From NCBI RefSeq assembly GCF_009914755.1, contig NC_060942.1: a stretch of DNA of 64,000 nucleotides; one strand, 5' to 3'. The position numbers and the translations under genes were made by a program. A model generated the notes under the pieces. That model did no database searches and had not been told where the DNA came from. It saw nothing but the letters and a program-made list of their open reading frames with translations. Positions within the stretch are counted from its first letter, which is position 1, and each line of letters begins with the position of its first letter. Of this stretch, positions 58,736 to 64,000 are shown one piece after another. Source of the stretch: the human T2T-CHM13v2.0 reference genome, Homo sapiens.

Positions 58736-60149
58736 ATTAATTTGTTTAGATTTCTCTAATTTTGCATAGGCAATTTTCCTTCCCATACAATATTATTCAA
58801 TACATTCAATATTAATGAAATTGCATTCAAATAAGCTTCAAATAGTCACATCATCCTCCTTTCCACATTTTGCTGTGCATATATTCTGCCCTTTTTTTCA
58901 TAGTTCAGTTGAACAAAGCTCACATCAGGACATGAATGGAGAAGCCAAAAACGTGTTCACTCAGCATCCTCCCTACACTCATGAGATGTTCTGATTAGAT
59001 GCTTTAAAAGGTTACCAAGAAAACAGATGCTGTCTTAAAAGTTAACTAAATAATGTACTTCATAAAGGCAAGCCACCCACCATCCATTTGTAAATTCAGG
59101 TATGTAATTCCCTCTCCACCTCTGCTGCATTTGTCTTTAGTCATTTTTTTTTTTCATCCACAAGCAAAATCTTAGTCACAAATGTTAATATCACTCATTT
59201 CTAATTGGATGAAATTTGCCACCTCTAACTATGAATTTTGTGCAAATATCTCACATCTTATATTGCTCATAAATAAAATATGTTCAGGAAAAAATGATAG
59301 AGAATTATGAGCACTCTTCCAAAACCTGTTTATATAATTTTATGAGAAGCTTATTAAATTCTATAAAAAATTGTATTTTTAATATAGATTAAGGCTTTGT
59401 TCTCAACATTACTAGGAAAAAAATGAATTTACAAAACTTCACCAAAGAAACATATTTTAAGGCCAACAGCTTAAATGGAAGTGAAATATAATCTGCTCTC
59501 TCAATAACAAGGGTTTTATCTTAGGATTTTTGTTTTACTAAAAAGACAAGTTGTTAAACATTTAACATAGTTGCTTCTGACATGTTAAGTCTTATCATAA
59601 AAATAGAATTAATTCATTCCTCAAAAATGGGAAGGAAACTAGAAAAAGAATTTATAAAATTATATAAATAAAAGTATTATGACTGGACAAAAACTATGAT
59701 TTAATTGACTGTACAAAATACCTTGCTGGATTTCAATAGCTGATCAATTTGACACTGGTTTTAAAAAGTTGAATAACATTGTTTAGAAATATGTTTCTGC
59801 AATTTATATTGCATTTCAGTTCTGGATATCAAGGAATATTTTGAGACTGTGTGTTTGTTTCTCACCATTTTTATTCTTATTTATTTGTTGCTCCTTTATA
59901 ACTATAATCTTCTTCTATTAGCCACAGTTAACCATTCCCTATTAATTATTGACATATTCTGCCTTTGTTCATATAGATTTAGTGTCATGTAGATATCTAA
60001 GCAAATGGGCTTATGCATATATGGATAGCAAAATAAATATAATTTAGCAAGATAAAATATTTGAATTAAGTGATAATGAAATAAATGAAAAAAGGAAGTA
60101 GGAAACTAAGAGTGAGTTTGCCAGGAAAAAACAATCTATGCAAGGTAGG

Positions 60150-60388
60150 ATAATATAACATTGTGGGTAAGAGCACAAATTTAAACTAAAATAGGTTTGA
60201 ATTCCTTTTTGCAAACTTACCTGACTTTGGAAAGATTGCTTTAACTCTCTAAGATTCAATAGTCTCAAATATAAATTGGTATATTGGTACTTGCTTAATG
60301 GAGGTTGTATAAAAATCAAATTATAAAATTCCCCAAAGCAGGTAAACCTGTTCATGAAGTATAGGAAATGTTAAATAAATGCTTACTG
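60150..60388 (+). mobile_element. MIR, near full length, degraded
   Basis: 'gtgggtaagagcaca...ggtttgaattcc...tgactttggaaagattgctttaactctctaagattca...aataaatg'. Confidence 0.7.
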
Positions 60389-61614
60389 TGATCATGATGA
60401 TAATGTCTTATACACTTCACAAAGGGTTTGGCTTTAAGTTTTATTGTGGCAATCACTTAAAAATAGTTACATGATTTTTTTTTTATTTTCACTGAATTAA
60501 ATGCAAGCATAGCTATGGTGAAACACAAATCTGTTAAATAAAACAAGATTCTCTAATACTTCCTCACAAATAAAACCTGTGACAAGCTTTAGAGGATTTA
60601 TTATCACATAGTCTCTTGCTATATGTTGATGGCTGAAAGACAAATTGCAATTTTTTAAGAGTATGGGAGTAGGTTTGGAGGAAATGATTGAAAGACTAAA
60701 GTATCTTCAAAATATTCCAATTTAACAGACTGAATAAATCCAGAGAGTCATCATAGCATATGTGAAAGAATAGGTTGCCTGCTTTTTGTCTATATTAATG
60801 ATACTAGGTAAATAACAAGTGATTATATTTTGGATATTATAATATTCCGATAATAAATGAAACTATGAAATGATGACTTATATTTCCAAGGCGTTTGCTT
60901 TAAGTGTTAATCAAAAAGAAGGTAGGCCTAATACTCTCCTAATATTTACACAAATACCAGTTTGTATAAAATAAAAAATAAGCTACAAGACCTACATATC
61001 CCCACCTCCCTCCCTCCTATCACTAAATTCTTGTTAACAAACCACCTTCTTTTTCATTCTTCTCCTTGCACTTTATTTTCCTTTTTGTCCAGAGAAAAAT
61101 AAAACAGAAACAAAAAATGTCTAATTAGATGCTCACAGAGGAGTGGAATGTACTCAGAGGTACAAATAAAACCCGTTAGACTTCCTACCCTTGTAAGCTC
61201 TGTGAACCACCAAAACCATTGAAAGAAAGGATAATGGGATTTGACCTAATCAGTTCTTCCAAGGTGCTTTGTGGTTGCTCTGAAATAGCATAAGTGTTTC
61301 ACAGGTACCTGATGTCAAATTGAAGCCATTTTCAGTGCCAAAGGAAAGACCTTAGTGGCATCTGGAGAAATATTAAACCATTTAGGCTGTTCTAGGGGAG
61401 AGTAAGGAAATCAGCATTCCAGAATTCCATTGAGGGTTATGAATTATCTTATAAGAATTTGGGGTAGTAATAGCAAAATGTTCAGGGTTTACACTGAATT
61501 TTTTAAGAGGACTATGGAAAGTTTGGAAACCTTTGATTCCTGTCAAGAGAAGGAATGAAATTCAAAAGACAAAAATACAGAAAAAAAATATGTAAAGGCT
61601 AGACAGGGATTAGA

Positions 61615-61790
61615 CACTATTGAAAGCATGGTTTCTGGAGCTTTTCTGCCTGGGTTTGAGTCATGATATACCCATTCATCAGCTGTGAGACCTCAATTAT
61701 CTAAGCTCTATTTCCCCTAATCTTCTTATCTGTAAAATGAACCTCATATCATAATGTATGTAAAACACATATAATAATACTTAACATACA
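61615..61790 (+). mobile_element. MIR
   Basis: 'aagcatggtttctggagc...tgcctgggtttgagtc...agctgtgagacct...ttcttatctgtaaaatg'. Confidence 0.7.
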
Positions 61791-61809
61791 TAAATTTCAT
61801 GTGCGTGTT

Positions 61810-62010
61810 TGTTAACTGAATGTATGCTGGGTACTGTGATATGTATTTTTATGTATTATCTTGTTTGATTATTCTAAAATCCTTGCTTAGATAGCAATTT
61901 TTTTCTCCAACTCAAAATGGAAACATTTCTACTTTTGAGACATTTAGAATATGGCCTAAACTCCCAGTAGACTGAGATTTGAACTCAGACTACGTTGAGT
62001 CTGTGGCCAG
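61810..62010 (-). mobile_element. MIR, opposite orientation to its neighbour
   Basis: 'tatgctgggtactgtg...atgtattatcttgtttgatt...gagatttgaactcagact'. Confidence 0.6.
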
Positions 62011-62162
62011 TGCATTTATTGTTGTTGTTAAATCTGAAAAAGATATTCCATGGAGTCTGATTTTATATTTGTTTTGTACTTTATAAACAGCAACCATCTT
62101 TTCTCCAACAATACACAGACACAGGCTGCTGAACTTGATAGCCAAGATATTCCCAAATAAGT

Positions 62163-62191
62163 GGGGCTTGGGGGTGGGGGAGATAGTGGGG
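62163..62191 (+). other. G-quadruplex-forming motif (four runs of 4-5 G)
   Basis: GGGG-ctt-GGGGG-t-GGGGG-agatagt-GGGG. Confidence 0.7.
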
Positions 62192-63163
62192 CAGACAGTC
62201 AATTCACTTGTGCATAAAGAAGTAAATGTTATGACTATTTTATTCTTGCAGGCACATCAGATCTTTTGGCTAATACCTGCCTCATGTGGTTGTAACATTA
62301 CAAACATATATCCTAGTTACAAGTTCTAGTCTATAATGATGACTTTGTCAGCATTTCTTGCAAAGACATTTAGTAACACTTATGTTAAAATCACATCGGT
62401 GACAATTTCATGATGGCTTTTGTAACACTTAAAATGCTAGGAGTTCATATCTTTAAAAGGAATTTCTGAAAAAAATCACCAAGAGCAGAACATCAGAGAA
62501 ATAATTGTCTTTCACTGCCTCAGGCATGCTCTCACCAATCCAATTTTAAAGTAGAAACAAAACACAGAGCACAGTGATAATAACAGCCATGTTTTAGAAG
62601 ATAAAGCAGAAATGTTAGAGGATTTGAGGAAAGTATTATAGGTTGAGTTTTTCAGCTGGCCCCAAGGGGTGGGGCATGAAGAGTAAAAAATCAAAGATTA
62701 ATATAAGCAAACACCCTCTCAATAATTGGAAGCCCAGCACCAGAATAAACTGTGTAACAATAAAAAAAGATAAGTAAATAAAATGAATGGCTGCCTAGAT
62801 GGCGATATAAAAGAAACATCACTATGCACATAGAATAACTTGTTTTATATAAGGAAACTCTGATAACAAATGAATTCCCAGGATGCTGAAGCTAGAAGAA
62901 GTGTTCGTCTGAATTCAGCCTAATCTACTTTTATTTAAGATGTGATGAACAGAACATTTTTGAAATGTATCCCTGCTATAGGTAGATGTTTACCTTTTTC
63001 TTTCTTTTGAAGGGAGAGAATAGAGCGTAGGATCTGGCAGTCAGTTTTAGTGGCAATAGTCTTATACTTCGATAACAAACTCACCACTTTTTTTTGTATG
63101 TAATCTGACCCTTTTCCCCAAGCAAGGGCTCTCCTCAAAGCAATGTGTAAAGCATCAATTTCT

Positions 63164-63462
63164 TATTTCTTTTTTTTTTTTTTTGAGATAGTGTCTCACT
63201 CTGTTGCCCAGGCTGGAGTGCAGTGGTGCCATCTTGGCACACTGCAACCTCTGCCTCCTGGGTTTAAGTGATTGATGCCTTGGCCTCCCAAGTAGCTGGG
63301 ATTACAGGCACGTGCCACCACGCTCGGCTAATTTTTGTATTTTTAGTAGAGATGGGGTTTCATCATATTGGTCAAGCTGGTCTTGAACTCCTAACCTCAG
63401 GAGACCCACCCGCCTTGGCCTCCCAAAGTACTGGGATTAAGGCGTGAGCCACTGCACCTGGC
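63164..63462 (-). mobile_element. AluS with 16-bp TSD TAAAGCATCAATTTCT
   Basis: Full antisense Alu; TSD at 63148-63163 and 63463-63478. Confidence 0.96.
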
Positions 63463-64000
63463 TAAAGCATCAATTTCTAAGCTTGTCTGCTAAAACGACT
63501 CCCGTGAGCTGCATTGATACTGGAGCTTCTTATTCTTGGTCATTGCTGCTGCTGGATAAATATGGTAGAGGAATCTGGAGGGTGGGAGAAAGACATAGAC
63601 ATTCCCTTCCAGAACTAAGCGACAGGATCCAGCACTCTGAACAGATTTTTTAAAGCTATAGGATAGTACATATTTCTCAATATTTTCCCATTTGTAGTGA
63701 CAAATTACATTCCAAAGATAACAAAATATTTGTTTTGGAATTCTATCGAACCATACGTTGAATGCTAGGAAACTGTACCTGTGGTAAACTATATTAAAAT
63801 GTCTATTAATGATGAATATTAATACAATAAATTTTACCTGTGAAATGATTTTGAACCATTTATTTTTTGTCATATCAGTTAATGTTCTCCCCACAGTTCC
63901 CTTTATCCCTTTATAGATTACTTGATGTATTCTATTTAAAGAAGTGCATAAAGAGGTGTGAGCTTTATTCTGTATGATTCATTTTTTTTCTCTTTTTGTT

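Noticed and set aside
61615-62010. Inverted MIR pair as a dsRNA or miRNA hairpin
   Set aside because: Both copies are too diverged for extended pairing to be visible.

Overview
This window is AT-rich, CpG-depleted primate (human-like) genomic DNA, either intergenic or deep inside a large intron. I find no protein-coding gene, RNA gene, CpG-island promoter or CRISPR array. The ORFs with recognisable homology are transposon remnants (Tigger2 transposase, L1 ORF2, Alu/LTR-derived frames), and the rest look like chance frames. The window is a layered record of interspersed repeats: L1s of several ages, Alu/FLAM, MIR, L2, MaLR/ERV LTRs (THE1, MST with internal region, MLT1, LTR1, LTR16, MER66-like, MER74-like) and DNA transposons (Tigger2, MER2, MER3). 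Family names come from recalled consensus sequences, not a search. The most unusual structures are: (1) a ~187-bp L1+Alu chimeric segment copied from ~1.06 kb downstream into an L1 5'UTR; (2) an L1 that appears collapsed by inversion and deletion around an MST provirus; (3) a second short duplication spaced ~1 kb apart; (4) a hairpin-bounded minisatellite; (5) a perfect 45-bp tandem duplication at a Tigger2 terminus; (6) a possible LF-SINE relic. The sequence alone does not support a new multi-gene biological system.
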